Shown one piece after another: positions 54,597-63,744 of a stretch of DNA of 64,000 nucleotides (the first letter of the stretch is position 1; the number at the start of each line of letters is the position of its first letter). Position numbers and translations under genes: made by a program. Below the pieces are notes generated by a model. It did not search any database. It saw nothing but the letters and a program-made list of their open reading frames with translations, and was not told the origin of the DNA. Where the stretch lies: NCBI GenBank assembly GCA_964548165.1, contig CAZJQD010000008.1, forward strand, positions 1,979-65,978, read 5' to 3'. The stretch comes from an uncultured bacterium (lineage in GTDB: Bacteria > UBA8481).

Positions 54597-55305
54597 GACG
54601 AATCCACAGGTACCAGATGTGAAGGATCATCTGCACGCCGATGACGACGGCCGTCCAGCGGCTCGATGTCAGCCCGGGTCGTCCGACCCTCGGGCGAAAG
54701 TGCAGCGGGATCTCGACGGTCTGGCCGTGTCGAATCATGTGGAACATCATTTCCGGTGAGAAGTGAGAACCGCCCACGGTAAAGAGGTTGCGGATGCGCT
54801 CGTAGAGGGGCCGGCTGATGAGCCTCATGCCGCAACCGACGTCCGTCAGCGACGGGCGGCCCAGCAGGAGTTCCATCATCTTGGCGACGGCCCAGTTTCC
54901 ATACTTCAGAAAGGGGCCCATGTTGGCTCCGGCCCAGATCATGGATGTCGACGTCCGCGTCCCGAAGACGCCGTCGAAGTCGTCGGAGTAGAGCAGGAGC
55001 TTCCGGATGTCCTCGCCGCGGAACGTCAGGTTCGGCGGCGCGTGGATGAGGAGGTCTCCCGTGGCCGCCGCCAGGCCCGCCTGGCACGAATGGCCGTAGC
55101 CTTGCTTCGCGACGGGAACAAGCCGGACTCGTGGATCCTCCTTCCTGTGAAGCTCGACCTCGCGGACGGTGCCGTCCGTGGAGTTGTTGTCGGTAACGAC
55201 GATCTCGTCTACCACGTCGAGCCCGAACTCGCGTATGGCCTGCCGGATGGATTCCTCGTAGTTGTAGCAGAGCAGCACCACGGAGACGCGCTTGCCCTTC
55301 CACAC
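54577..55305 (-). CDS. GT2 polyprenyl-phosphate glycosyltransferase (DPM1/ArnC/GtrB-like)
   Basis: VSVVLLCYNYEESI…VVTDNNSTDGT…(DxD-like)…GTR, plus a single C-terminal TM (AVVIGVQMILHIWYLWI). 242 aa. Confidence 0.8.
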   Translation of the reverse strand: MWKGKRVSVVLLCYNYEESIRQAIREFGLDVVDEIVVTDNNSTDGTVREVELHRKEDPRVRLVPVAKQGYGHSCQAGLAAATGDLLIHAPPNLTFRGEDIRKLLLYSDDFDGVFGTRTSTSMIWAGANMGPFLKYGNWAVAKMMELLLGRPSLTDVGCGMRLISRPLYERIRNLFTVGGSHFSPEMMFHMIRHGQTVEIPLHFRPRVGRPGLTSSRWTAVVIGVQMILHIWYLWIRHVLFRL

Positions 55306-55306
55306 G

Positions 55307-56554
55307 TCAGAGGATCCGGAGAGCGGGAACCGGGATGATGTAGCGACCTCCGCGGGTCGAGAACGCGCTTGTCTTCTCCACGATCTCGTCCACGAAGTTC
55401 CAGGCCAGGATCAGGAGGTAATCGGGAGGCTCCGTGTCCAGGCGGGATCGGGGCGAGATCGGAATCCTCGTGCCCGGGGCCAGGTGGCCCTGCTTTTCGG
55501 GGGTATCGTCGACGATGTACTGCACGAGCGTGGAATCCGCCTGGGCGGCATTGAGGAGGATGGCGCCCTTGGCGCTCGCGCCGTACGCGGCCACGCGCTT
55601 GCCTTCCTCCCGGAAACGGGTCAGCGCCGTGCGCAGTTCGCCTCGAATCCAGTCGATTTCTCTCGCGAAGCGGCGGTAGGGATGTTCCTCGTGAAGCCCT
55701 GCGTCCCTCTCGAAATCGAGCATGGCTCGAACGGCGTCGCTGGCGTACGTGCCGCGCCCGAAGTAGAGCCGGAGTCCACCTCCGTGGATGGGAATCCGGC
55801 GAACGTATCGAGCGCGAAGCCCATGGCGCTCTCCCAGCCGGAGAAGGGGTTGGAGCAGGAAGTAGGAAAGATGCTCGTGGTAGATCGTGTCGAACTCGCT
55901 CTTCTCGACGAGATCGGCCAGGTAGGGGACTTCGAGGACGAAGTGGCCGGTCGGCGCGAGGACGCGCGCGACGGCAGAGAAAAACTCGTCGAGGTCATCG
56001 ACGTGCGCGACGACGTTCGTGGCCGTCACGAGCTCCATGCAGGGCCACTGCCGGGCGGATTTCTCCGCTGCTTCGTGTCCCCAGAACGCCGAGAGAACCT
56101 CGTGGCCGGCCGCCCGGGATGTGGGGGCAAGATTGCCAGCCGGGTCGACCAGGTGCGTGCGATATCCGCGCCCCGCGAAGGAGGAGAGGAGCGTGCCATC
56201 ATTGCCGCCGATATCGAGCACGGGGGCGCCCCTGGGAAGGCCTGCAATTTCCTCGGCCTCGCGAGCGAAGCGGTCGCAGTGTCGGATGAACGTGGACGAT
56301 ACGCCCGACCGGTAGGCATAGGTCGTGAACATGAGCGCGGGGTCGACGACGACGCTCAACTGGGCATTGGCGCAATCCATGCACCGCATGACCACCAGGG
56401 GTATGCGGGGTTCGGGAGCCCTGTCGTCAGGGGAGATGAAGCGATTGGCCAGCGGCATGAGACCGAGATCGACGATGACACTGAGGCGGCGACCCCCGCA
56501 GATGCGGCACTCTTCCCGCGGGTGATACGACGCATCGCCCATGGCGGTCTGCAT
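55307..56554 (-). CDS. SAM-dependent sugar C-methyltransferase (TylC3/NovU-like; Zn-ribbon + Methyltransf + C-methyltransferase C-terminal domain)
   Basis: N-terminal CRICGG…CMDC ribbon. SAM motif VLDIGGNDG. C-terminal domain typical of NDP-hexose C-methyltransferases. 415 aa. Confidence 0.7.
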   Translation of the reverse strand: MQTAMGDASYHPREECRICGGRRLSVIVDLGLMPLANRFISPDDRAPEPRIPLVVMRCMDCANAQLSVVVDPALMFTTYAYRSGVSSTFIRHCDRFAREAEEIAGLPRGAPVLDIGGNDGTLLSSFAGRGYRTHLVDPAGNLAPTSRAAGHEVLSAFWGHEAAEKSARQWPCMELVTATNVVAHVDDLDEFFSAVARVLAPTGHFVLEVPYLADLVEKSEFDTIYHEHLSYFLLQPLLRLGERHGLRARYVRRIPIHGGGLRLYFGRGTYASDAVRAMLDFERDAGLHEEHPYRRFAREIDWIRGELRTALTRFREEGKRVAAYGASAKGAILLNAAQADSTLVQYIVDDTPEKQGHLAPGTRIPISPRSRLDTEPPDYLLILAWNFVDEIVEKTSAFSTRGGRYIIPVPALRIL

Positions 56555-56735
56555 GACGTAACCATAGCTTCAGCCCTCGAATTGGAAAAGGTCTAATCCG
56601 GTCTGCAGGCGCGCCACATCGGGCCCGGAAGGATCCCCTGGCGAAGCGTCCGGACCTGTCCTGCCCCCGGCAAGACCCGAGGTGGCGGGCAGGAGTGTTG
56701 ACCGTGGCGGGCGCGCGGTTCGCTACGGAGCGGGT

Positions 56736-57212
56736 TCAGTCGAGGCGTTCGGGATGGCCCGTGAAGCGAAGGCCGATGGCGCCGCGGAGTCCTGTTGCCG
56801 CCGCGTTGTAGGCGGTCTTCATCTCCTGGTAGTTGCGGAGCGCGATGGCGCGGCGGTTCTGGGCGCCGGCGAGTTCATCGGCGGCGCGACGTGACAGGGG
56901 ATCATCGACGGCGGTGGACGGGCGCGGAGCCCGACCCGCGGCGGAGAGGATCCCGTTGTAGAGCCGATCTTTCTCGCTGGAGCTCGTGGCGCCCCGGTAG
57001 GAGGCGATGGCCGCGTCGACCTCGCTGCCCGCTATGCCGGCCGCGCCGAGCGCCGCGAGGACGCGCTCCTCCTGGTTTCTCAGCTCGGCCTCGGCCGCCC
57101 CGACCTCCCTGATCAGTCCATTCATGTGGTTGGAGCAGTCCCAGGCGACGGCGGCCAGAAGGAGCGCGACGAAGACAAGGCCCGCGCAACCGATAAAGGC
57201 CAGGCCGCGCAT
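56736..57212 (-). CDS. LemA-family protein, divergent paralog
   Basis: N-terminal TM (GLAFIGCAGLVFVALLLAAVAW), then LemA-like helical region (NHMNGLIREVGAAEAELRNQEERV… versus canonical YNQLVKARNA…). Confidence 0.5.
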   Translation of the reverse strand: MRGLAFIGCAGLVFVALLLAAVAWDCSNHMNGLIREVGAAEAELRNQEERVLAALGAAGIAGSEVDAAIASYRGATSSSEKDRLYNGILSAAGRAPRPSTAVDDPLSRRAADELAGAQNRRAIALRNYQEMKTAYNAAATGLRGAIGLRFTGHPERLD

Positions 57213-57292
57213 GGGGATGCCCGGCTCGCCGGCGGCCGACGGGGCACCCTGGGAGCCCGGCGCGGCCGCGGAAGAGGTCGACGGAGCGTCGC

Positions 57293-57865
57293 TCAGAACT
57301 TGACCTGCGGCGCACGCTCCACGAGCTCGTCAGGGACGTCGTAGAACGCGCGAGGTTGGAAGCCGAAGAGGCCGGCAAAGAGGACGGTGGGGAACTGCTG
57401 GCAGGTGTCGCGATACATGCGGGCCACGCTGTTGTAACCGTTGCGCGCCGCGGCGATCCGGTTCTCGGTGTTCGTCAGCTCGTTCTGCATGTTCATGAAG
57501 TTGGCGTCCGCCTTCAATTGCGGGTAGGCCTCGGCGACGGCCAGGAGGCCACGCAGCGCCTGGGTCAGCGCGCCGTCGGCGTTTCCGACCTCGGCGGGAC
57601 CATGAGCGGAGGCCGCTCGTCCGCGGGCCGCGATCACGGCCTCCAGCGTCTTGGATTCGTGGGTGGCGTAGCCCTTCACGCTCTCGACCAGGTTGCCGAT
57701 GAGGTCGAGTCGTCGCGCGAGGTCGACCTCGATATCGGACCAGGCCTGGTCGGTGGCGTTTCTCGCCTTGACGAGCTGGTTGTAGAGGGCGGCCATCCAT
57801 CCGAAGAAGATCACGGCCACGACGAGCACGACGAGCGCCGTGATCCCCAGGATTCCCATCATCAT
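57293..57865 (-). CDS. lemA: LemA-family protein
   Basis: Start refined to MMMGILGITALVVLVVAVIFFGW with SD AAGGAG. LemA signature …YNQLVKARNATDQAWSDIEVDLARRLDLIGNLVESVKGYATHE…. Confidence 0.75.
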   Translation of the reverse strand: MMMGILGITALVVLVVAVIFFGWMAALYNQLVKARNATDQAWSDIEVDLARRLDLIGNLVESVKGYATHESKTLEAVIAARGRAASAHGPAEVGNADGALTQALRGLLAVAEAYPQLKADANFMNMQNELTNTENRIAAARNGYNSVARMYRDTCQQFPTVLFAGLFGFQPRAFYDVPDELVERAPQVKF

Positions 57866-57998
57866 GTTTACGTCTCCTTGTCCTGTTCCCGACCATTCCG
57901 GCCTGGCCGGACTGGTCGCCAAGGGGGGCGCGCCAACAGATCCCCCTCGAACTCCCCCCGGCGCCTCGTCCGCTTCCAGTGACCGGCGCCCGCCCTGG

Positions 57999-59210
57999 CT
58001 ACCATCCGCGCGACGCGCCGCCGCCGCCGCTCATGCCTCCTCCGAATCCGCCGCCCGAGCTCGAACCGCCGCCCGAGGAGGACGAGATCCGTGGAATAGT
58101 GGCGTATCGCGTCGTCTGATGCTTGCAGGCGGCGCAATGACCGTCAACTCGCTTCTGGCCGCTCGATACCGTGGTCGCCGGCGAGAGGACCGTCTCGGTC
58201 TCCTTCATCGTTCGTCGCCCGCACCTCGGGCAGGGGATGAAGCCGGAGAACCAGGCCACGTACTCCTTCGTCTCGTACTTCAGGCAGCGAGGACAGATCC
58301 AGACGTCGTAGTCGACGGCACCCAGCTCTTCCTCCAGGCGCTGCTCGACGGAAAGGCTGGCGTCGTCGTCGGTCTCGGAGAGGAGCCGGAGCCGGGTGCC
58401 GCAGGTGCGGCAGGAGTGGGGGCCGTAGCGGAGAAAGCCGCGCGTGTTGGTGATGAGCGAGACGACGAGGAGCGCGGCGCTTCCCGCCAGGAGCGGCAAG
58501 AGATCACCCGATGCCGTCTTATCGAACAGGATGTTGAGGCCGACTCCGCCTGTCACGAGCGCCGAACCACCGGCGATGACACTCCCGACCAGGAACGCGA
58601 AGGGCGGATAGTTCTCGCGGTGTCGTCCCCACCAGCCCAGGAGGAGCTGTCCCAACCCTGCCAAGGCGCCGAAGAGTGCGGCCCCCCACGTGATGCCACG
58701 CTTGCCGCGCAGGAAGGCGGGCGCCGAGCTCGCAAAGCCCCGCGCCTCCTCGGGGTGGGCGCGTAGGCGCGCCGTGATCGCCATCGCTGCGGCCTCGACG
58801 CCGCCGGCGAAGTCGCCGTCGCGGAAGCGGGGAATGGCATGCTGATCCAGGACCTCGCCGCAGAGCCCGTCCGGGAGGATCGGCTCCAGGCCGTAGCCGA
58901 CCTCGATTCTCGCCCGTCGCTCGGTCGGCGCCACGAGCAGAAGGACGCCATTGTTGCGGTCGCGCTTGCCGATGCCCCAGGCATTGAAGAGCCCGTTGGC
59001 ATACTCGTCGACGGACTGCCCCTCGAGGGAGTTGACCGTGACGATGGCAAGCTCGGCCGTCGTGGCCGCCTCCATCGCGCGCGCCTCGACCTCCAACTTC
59101 TCCTCGATCGCCGGCGGCAGGATCTCGGCCAGGTCGAGGACGCGTCGGCCGGAAGGGGGCGATGGATAGGCGAGAGCCCCGGCGAGCAGTACTGCGGCCA
59201 GGACCTTCAT
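57999..59210 (-). CDS. TPM-domain protein (YgcG-like) with TM segments, a Cys-rich zinc-ribbon region and a Gly-rich tail
   Basis: Signal peptide. TPM domain (…AELAIVTVNSLEGQSVDEYANGLFNAWGIGKRDRNNGVLLLVAPTERRARIEVGYGLE…). Two TM helices. Four CxxC (CRTC, CPRC, CPRC, CAAC). Tail GGGSSSGGGFGGGMSGGGGASRGW. Confidence 0.7.
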   Translation of the reverse strand: MKVLAAVLLAGALAYPSPPSGRRVLDLAEILPPAIEEKLEVEARAMEAATTAELAIVTVNSLEGQSVDEYANGLFNAWGIGKRDRNNGVLLLVAPTERRARIEVGYGLEPILPDGLCGEVLDQHAIPRFRDGDFAGGVEAAAMAITARLRAHPEEARGFASSAPAFLRGKRGITWGAALFGALAGLGQLLLGWWGRHRENYPPFAFLVGSVIAGGSALVTGGVGLNILFDKTASGDLLPLLAGSAALLVVSLITNTRGFLRYGPHSCRTCGTRLRLLSETDDDASLSVEQRLEEELGAVDYDVWICPRCLKYETKEYVAWFSGFIPCPRCGRRTMKETETVLSPATTVSSGQKRVDGHCAACKHQTTRYATIPRISSSSGGGSSSGGGFGGGMSGGGGASRGW

Positions 59211-59223
59211 GCCCGACCGACGC

Positions 59224-59916
59224 TCACCCGGCGATCGTCGCCGGGGTCAGGAGCGCGATCGCGGGCAGGACGCGATCGGCCTCGCGCCGCAGGTCGTCGG
59301 CGGAGTACGTGTGGGCCACGGCGAGCGTGCGGCAACCGGCGGCGCGAGCCGATCTCAGGCCTCCCTTGGAATCCTCGACGGCCAGGATCGCGGATGGCGG
59401 GATCGCGAGGATCGCCGCCCCCTTCACGTAGGGCTCCGGATCGGGCTTGGAGACCGCGACATCCTCGCTGGCGACGATGCCGCGGAAGAGGTTCGCGATC
59501 CCGCCGATCGCCAGCGCGGCCTCGATCTCGGCGCGCCGCGCCCCGCTGACGATCACGAGGGGCCAGGCGGTGGCGCAGGCCCTCACGGCCTCCAGGGCGC
59601 CGGGAAAGAACGGGGGCTTATCACCGAGCAGGTCCATGTAGATCGCGATCTTGCGCTCCATCACGACCTCCGCGTCCTGATCGGGAACGCGTCCCGGGTG
59701 ATCGAGGCGGATCCGCTCGATGGCGCCGCGGTCGTCGTAGGCGAGGTAGCGGTCCCAGTAGATCTCGCGGGTGAGCGTGATGCCGTAGGGCTGGAAGGCG
59801 CGGCAGAGAGCCTCGCAGTGGAGGTTCTCGTCGTCGACGATGACCCCGTTGAAGTCGAAGGCGATGCCGCGAATGGGGCCCGCATCGCGCGCACCCCTGT
59901 CGCCGGCGCCGCTCAC
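59224..59916 (-). CDS. HAD-superfamily hydrolase (beta-phosphoglucomutase/phosphatase-like subfamily IA)
   Basis: Motif I IAFDFNGVIVD (DxN instead of DxD). Motif II SGAR. Motif III/IV …K…EDSKGGLRSARAAG. GTG start inferred; the 503-aa track ORF is a mixed-frame artefact. Confidence 0.55.
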   Translation of the reverse strand: MSGAGDRGARDAGPIRGIAFDFNGVIVDDENLHCEALCRAFQPYGITLTREIYWDRYLAYDDRGAIERIRLDHPGRVPDQDAEVVMERKIAIYMDLLGDKPPFFPGALEAVRACATAWPLVIVSGARRAEIEAALAIGGIANLFRGIVASEDVAVSKPDPEPYVKGAAILAIPPSAILAVEDSKGGLRSARAAGCRTLAVAHTYSADDLRREADRVLPAIALLTPATIAG

Positions 59917-60533
59917 AGGGCGCGCAACGCCGCGGGCACCATCGCCGCGAAGAGGAGTTCGCCGGGAACGCCGGCCAGGGCCAGTGCCATGGCCGGTTGC
60001 GGCTTGAGGCTCAGGCCCAGGAGAATGCCCGCGTTGATGGCGAGGAGCGCTGTCGGGAGACCGAGGATGGCGCTGCCCAGGAGGAAGAACGCCACGGGGC
60101 GCTGGTGGGTCGTCAGTGCCAGGAGAACGAGGAGCGAGGGAAGGGCGACGAGGATGGCGCCGCCCGCGGGCTGCGTGCGCGCGAATCGGGGACGGAGAAC
60201 GGCGAGAACGGGCGACGCCAGGTAGACGCCGATCCCTGCGCCGGCGAAGGCGGCGGTGGCAAAGGCGACGATCGGGGAGAGGCTCGTCGCGGCAAAGCGC
60301 GCCAGGCCGGCGTTGAGGACCGTGGCGGCCACGGCATAGCTGATCATGAGCGTGTACCAGCGGTAGGGAAGCCCCCGGCCGCCGAGGCTCGTGAAGACCA
60401 TGGCCCAGAAGGCCCCGGCAAAGGTGCCGGCCGCCATGGGCGAGAGGGCGATGGAGCGGCCGGAAAGGGTGGGGATCTCCAGGGCGAGCGGCGAGGAGGT
60501 GAGGAGAAATCCCAGCGGTTCCAGCGCGTTCAT
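59913..60533 (-). CDS. hypothetical polytopic membrane protein (about 6 TM)
   Basis: Start at MNALEP, overlapping the S8 peptidase stop by 1 nt (TGATG). Very hydrophobic Ala/Leu-rich sequence. No family assigned. Confidence 0.4.
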   Translation of the reverse strand: MNALEPLGFLLTSSPLALEIPTLSGRSIALSPMAAGTFAGAFWAMVFTSLGGRGLPYRWYTLMISYAVAATVLNAGLARFAATSLSPIVAFATAAFAGAGIGVYLASPVLAVLRPRFARTQPAGGAILVALPSLLVLLALTTHQRPVAFFLLGSAILGLPTALLAINAGILLGLSLKPQPAMALALAGVPGELLFAAMVPAALRAL

Positions 60534-62797
60534 CAGCCGGCGAGCGCGTACCAGGCTGCTGAGAGTGCGCGGCCCGGAGCGGTGCCGAGGAGCGTGTCGC
60601 GGAACGCCCGGATGAGGTCCAGGGCGGTGGGCGGCCACGGTGATCGGGCGAGCAGGCAACCACCGCCACCGCCCGGTGAACCGACGCTCCCTGTGACGGC
60701 GATAATGGCAGGCACGCTGGGCGTAATGGCGGCACCGGCGTAGGCGTAGGCTCGCTCAGGCTGGGGATTGCCGCTGGTGGTGGCGTCGGTCGCCACGGCG
60801 TAGAGCCAATAGCTGGTCCCGATGGTCAGCGTCGATAGCGAGACGCTCTCGGACTGGTCGTCGGTCAGGCCCGAGGCCAGGAGCGTGCCATCGAAGCCGA
60901 CGGCGTCGGTGTCGGCGTAGACCGCGATGGTCACGGTGTTCGTCTCCGTCTGGAACGCCTTCCAGGAGACCTTCACCGTGGAGACCTCGCTGGAGGCCGT
61001 CTGAGGGGCCTCGACCGAGACCTGGAGCGCGCTGGGGTAGAGCCGTGCCTCGGTGGAACCGAAGGCCAGGTTGGAGTAGCGGCCGCGCGCCGATTGGGCG
61101 GCGCCGAGCGCGAAGGGAGCGCCGAGGTACAGGGTATCGCCGAGCGGAGGTCCGCCACGGCGCACGAGGGCCGAACCCGTCGTCTCGCCGTTGATGGCCA
61201 GGAGCAAGCCGGAGTCGCCGTAGGTGATGGCCACGTGGTACCACTGGTCGGGATTGAGCGCCCGGGGAGAGACGACGGAGCCCGAGTCCTGCATGCGCAG
61301 CTCGAGCTTGCGATCCGACCGATAGAAAAGCTCCAGGTTGCCGCTGCCGCGCCCGTTGTTGCCGCGCTGGGTCAGGACGAAGGCGGTGTCGCCAGGCTGG
61401 ACGCTGTCGGGGCGCCAGTAGAACTGGATGGAACCCCGGTCAGCGGCGTGGCGCTGGAAATACCCGGCGCTGGAATCCTGCGCGGAGAGGACAAGGGCAT
61501 GGGCGGACTGCCGGCCGCCGCCCGCGACCAGCGTGGCTGTTCGCGTGTCGCCGTGAGGAAGCGAGTCGCCGTAGCGGGAATTGGCCGCCGCGACCCGCAG
61601 GAGGCGGGCCAGGTCGAGCCGGCCGGCGCCCGTGAAATCGTCGAAGCCCGCGGACTCGATGTCCTTGGCCGTGGAGCGGAGGAGCTTGAGGAATTGCGCT
61701 GGTGTGATCCCGGGGCGCACGCCTTTCACCATGGCCGCCGCCGCCGATACAAGAGGTGTGGCAAACGACGTGCCGCTCGTGGTGGTGAAGGTTCCGTTCA
61801 GGGTGAGCGTGACGATGGCGGAGCCCGGCGCGACGACGTCGACCCCGGTCAACCCGGATGAGGCCCCGTAGGACGAGAAGGCCGAGCGGGCATCGGCCGA
61901 CGTCGAGGAACCTACGCCGATGGCGTAGGAAGAGCTGGCAGGATAGATGACGAACTGCCCACCGCTGTTCCCGGTCGCGGCGACCGTGATGATGCCCGCG
62001 TTGTAGGCTTCCAGCAGGCGTGTCTCGATCAAGGGATCGATGGCCGCATCGTCGAATCCGAGCGAGAGGTTGATGACGGTGGCCTTGAGGGCGATGGCGC
62101 GCCGGATGCCGCTGTCGATGTCCGCGCTGGTGCCGATGGCGTCGGCGCCCGACAGGACACGGATGGCGAGGATGTTGGAGAACCAGTCGGCGCCCGCGCA
62201 GTGGATGCCGTTATTCGTGACCGCGCCCGCCGTGGCGGCGACCCGCGTGCCGTGTCCGGATCCCGATGGCGTGTCGGAAACGTCGCTGTTGCCGTCGATG
62301 ATGTCGATCGCGGGGGCCGTCCTGAGGCGCGCGGCGAGGTCGATGTGCGTGGTGTCGGCCCCGGAATCGATGATCGCGATCGTCTCGGACGCGCTCCCGC
62401 GCGCGTACTCCCAGGCCTCGGGCGCGCCGATGATCGCCAGGTGGTACTGGGAGGCGAACTGCGTGTCGTTCGGGATGACCGTCAGGCCCCGGTAGATGTA
62501 ATTGGGCTGGGCGAAGAGCACGTCACTGCGCCCCTCGAGCTCCGCGACGGCGTCCTCGACGCTCTGGCCGGACCGCGTCCTCACGACCTCGAAATCCGGG
62601 CCCGTCGACTCCTCGGTGGCGCGATAGCCGAGCGCGCCGAGGAGCCCTGCCGGGACCGCGGGCTTGAGCCGCACGATGACCTCGCCGGGCACATAGGGAT
62701 AGGGATCGGCGGCTTCCGTGCGTACAAGGACGGCCAGCAGGCAGAGGAGCGGGAGGAGCAACGTCGCTTTTTTCACGGTTTCCTGATTAAATCCCAT
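60533..62797 (-). CDS. secreted subtilisin-family (S8) serine peptidase with a C-terminal LamG/concanavalin-like domain
   Basis: Signal peptide. Catalytic triad Asp (IAIIDSGAD), His (GHGTRVAATAG), Ser (GTSFATPLVSAAAAM). LamG_3-like segment (…NPDQWYHVAITYGDSGLLLAINGE…). Tail …GSPGGGGGCLL…. An alternative GTG start 6 codons downstream would give MKKATLLL…. Confidence 0.8.
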   Translation of the reverse strand: MGFNQETVKKATLLLPLLCLLAVLVRTEAADPYPYVPGEVIVRLKPAVPAGLLGALGYRATEESTGPDFEVVRTRSGQSVEDAVAELEGRSDVLFAQPNYIYRGLTVIPNDTQFASQYHLAIIGAPEAWEYARGSASETIAIIDSGADTTHIDLAARLRTAPAIDIIDGNSDVSDTPSGSGHGTRVAATAGAVTNNGIHCAGADWFSNILAIRVLSGADAIGTSADIDSGIRRAIALKATVINLSLGFDDAAIDPLIETRLLEAYNAGIITVAATGNSGGQFVIYPASSSYAIGVGSSTSADARSAFSSYGASSGLTGVDVVAPGSAIVTLTLNGTFTTTSGTSFATPLVSAAAAMVKGVRPGITPAQFLKLLRSTAKDIESAGFDDFTGAGRLDLARLLRVAAANSRYGDSLPHGDTRTATLVAGGGRQSAHALVLSAQDSSAGYFQRHAADRGSIQFYWRPDSVQPGDTAFVLTQRGNNGRGSGNLELFYRSDRKLELRMQDSGSVVSPRALNPDQWYHVAITYGDSGLLLAINGETTGSALVRRGGPPLGDTLYLGAPFALGAAQSARGRYSNLAFGSTEARLYPSALQVSVEAPQTASSEVSTVKVSWKAFQTETNTVTIAVYADTDAVGFDGTLLASGLTDDQSESVSLSTLTIGTSYWLYAVATDATTSGNPQPERAYAYAGAAITPSVPAIIAVTGSVGSPGGGGGCLLARSPWPPTALDLIRAFRDTLLGTAPGRALSAAWYALAG

Positions 62798-62802
62798 CCC
62801 CC

Positions 62803-63744
62803 GTGGCCATGGAACCTCATTTTTTGCGCGCGTTGCTCGATCCGCTGGCCTCCACGTGTCGCACCGGCATGCTTGAAAGCGATCCCGTCGGGCTTGTCCA
62901 CGAGTTCCATGAGCCCCGCGATGTCGAGGTGGCGGGGCTCTTCGCTTCCTCGCTGGCGCTCGGCAGGGTCACTTCGATCCGCGAGAAGATTCGCGATCTG
63001 CTTTCACGCCTGGATCGCTGTCCGGCAGGCGTCTGCCGCGGTGAGCGACCCTCCCAGCTCGCCCGCCGATTTCGCGGTTTCCGGCACCGCTTCTTCGGCG
63101 GCGACGATCTTGCCGTGCTCGCCGCCAACGCCGGGAGCCTCATGCGGGAATGGGGGAGCCTGGAGGCGGCATGGCAATTTCCTGCCGCCCCTGAGCCCGC
63201 CTCCGCCGCGCTCGCGCCCATCGCCGCCTCGCCTCCATCCTTCGAGGCCGCCGCCGATCGCTTTGCGCGGGCGCTCTCCATGCCCGTGCGGGGGTTGTCA
63301 CCGGCGTCGCGACTTCCCCTGGTGGTCTCCCCGGCCGGGGGATCGACCTGCAAGCGCCTGGCCCTGTACGTGCGCTGGATGGTGCGGCCCGCGGATGGAG
63401 TCGACCTGGGCATCTGGTCCTGTCTCACGCCCGCGGACCTGGTGATCCCGCTCGACGTGCATCTCTTCCGCATCTCCCGGCTGCTGGGATTGACCCGCCG
63501 GCGGACCGCGAATTGGGCCGCCGCGCGTTCCGTGACGTCCGCCCTGGCCGCGCTCGATCCGACGGATCCCGTGAAGTATGATTTCGCGCTCTCGCGGATC
63601 GGCATCGTTCACGGATGTCGCGGACGCTGGCACGCGATGACCTGCCCTGCGTGCCCCGTCCGCACGGCCTGTTCCGCCCCGCGCCGCCGACGGGCGACGA
63701 GTGGTGAAGCGAGCCCGCTCCGGCGGCGAAAGAGGACCCTGTGA
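62803..63744 (+). CDS. TIGR02757-family (DUF2400) protein, HhH-GPD/DNA-glycosylase-superfamily-associated
   Basis: Family-typical segments DPVGLVHEFHEPRDVEVAGLFASSLALGRV, LALYVRWMVRP and KYDFALSRIGIV. Start is 5 nt from the divergent S8 start. Confidence 0.55.
   Translation: MAMEPHFLRALLDPLASTCRTGMLESDPVGLVHEFHEPRDVEVAGLFASSLALGRVTSIREKIRDLLSRLDRCPAGVCRGERPSQLARRFRGFRHRFFGGDDLAVLAANAGSLMREWGSLEAAWQFPAAPEPASAALAPIAASPPSFEAAADRFARALSMPVRGLSPASRLPLVVSPAGGSTCKRLALYVRWMVRPADGVDLGIWSCLTPADLVIPLDVHLFRISRLLGLTRRRTANWAAARSVTSALAALDPTDPVKYDFALSRIGIVHGCRGRWHAMTCPACPVRTACSAPRRRRATSGEASPLRRRKRTL

Noticed and set aside
60533-60700. GGGGGC tail of the S8 peptidase as a GlyGly-CTERM or MYXO-CTERM sorting signal
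   Set aside because: The segment after the Gly run is not a hydrophobic TM helix followed by a basic cluster. It stays as a low-weight speculation in findings only.
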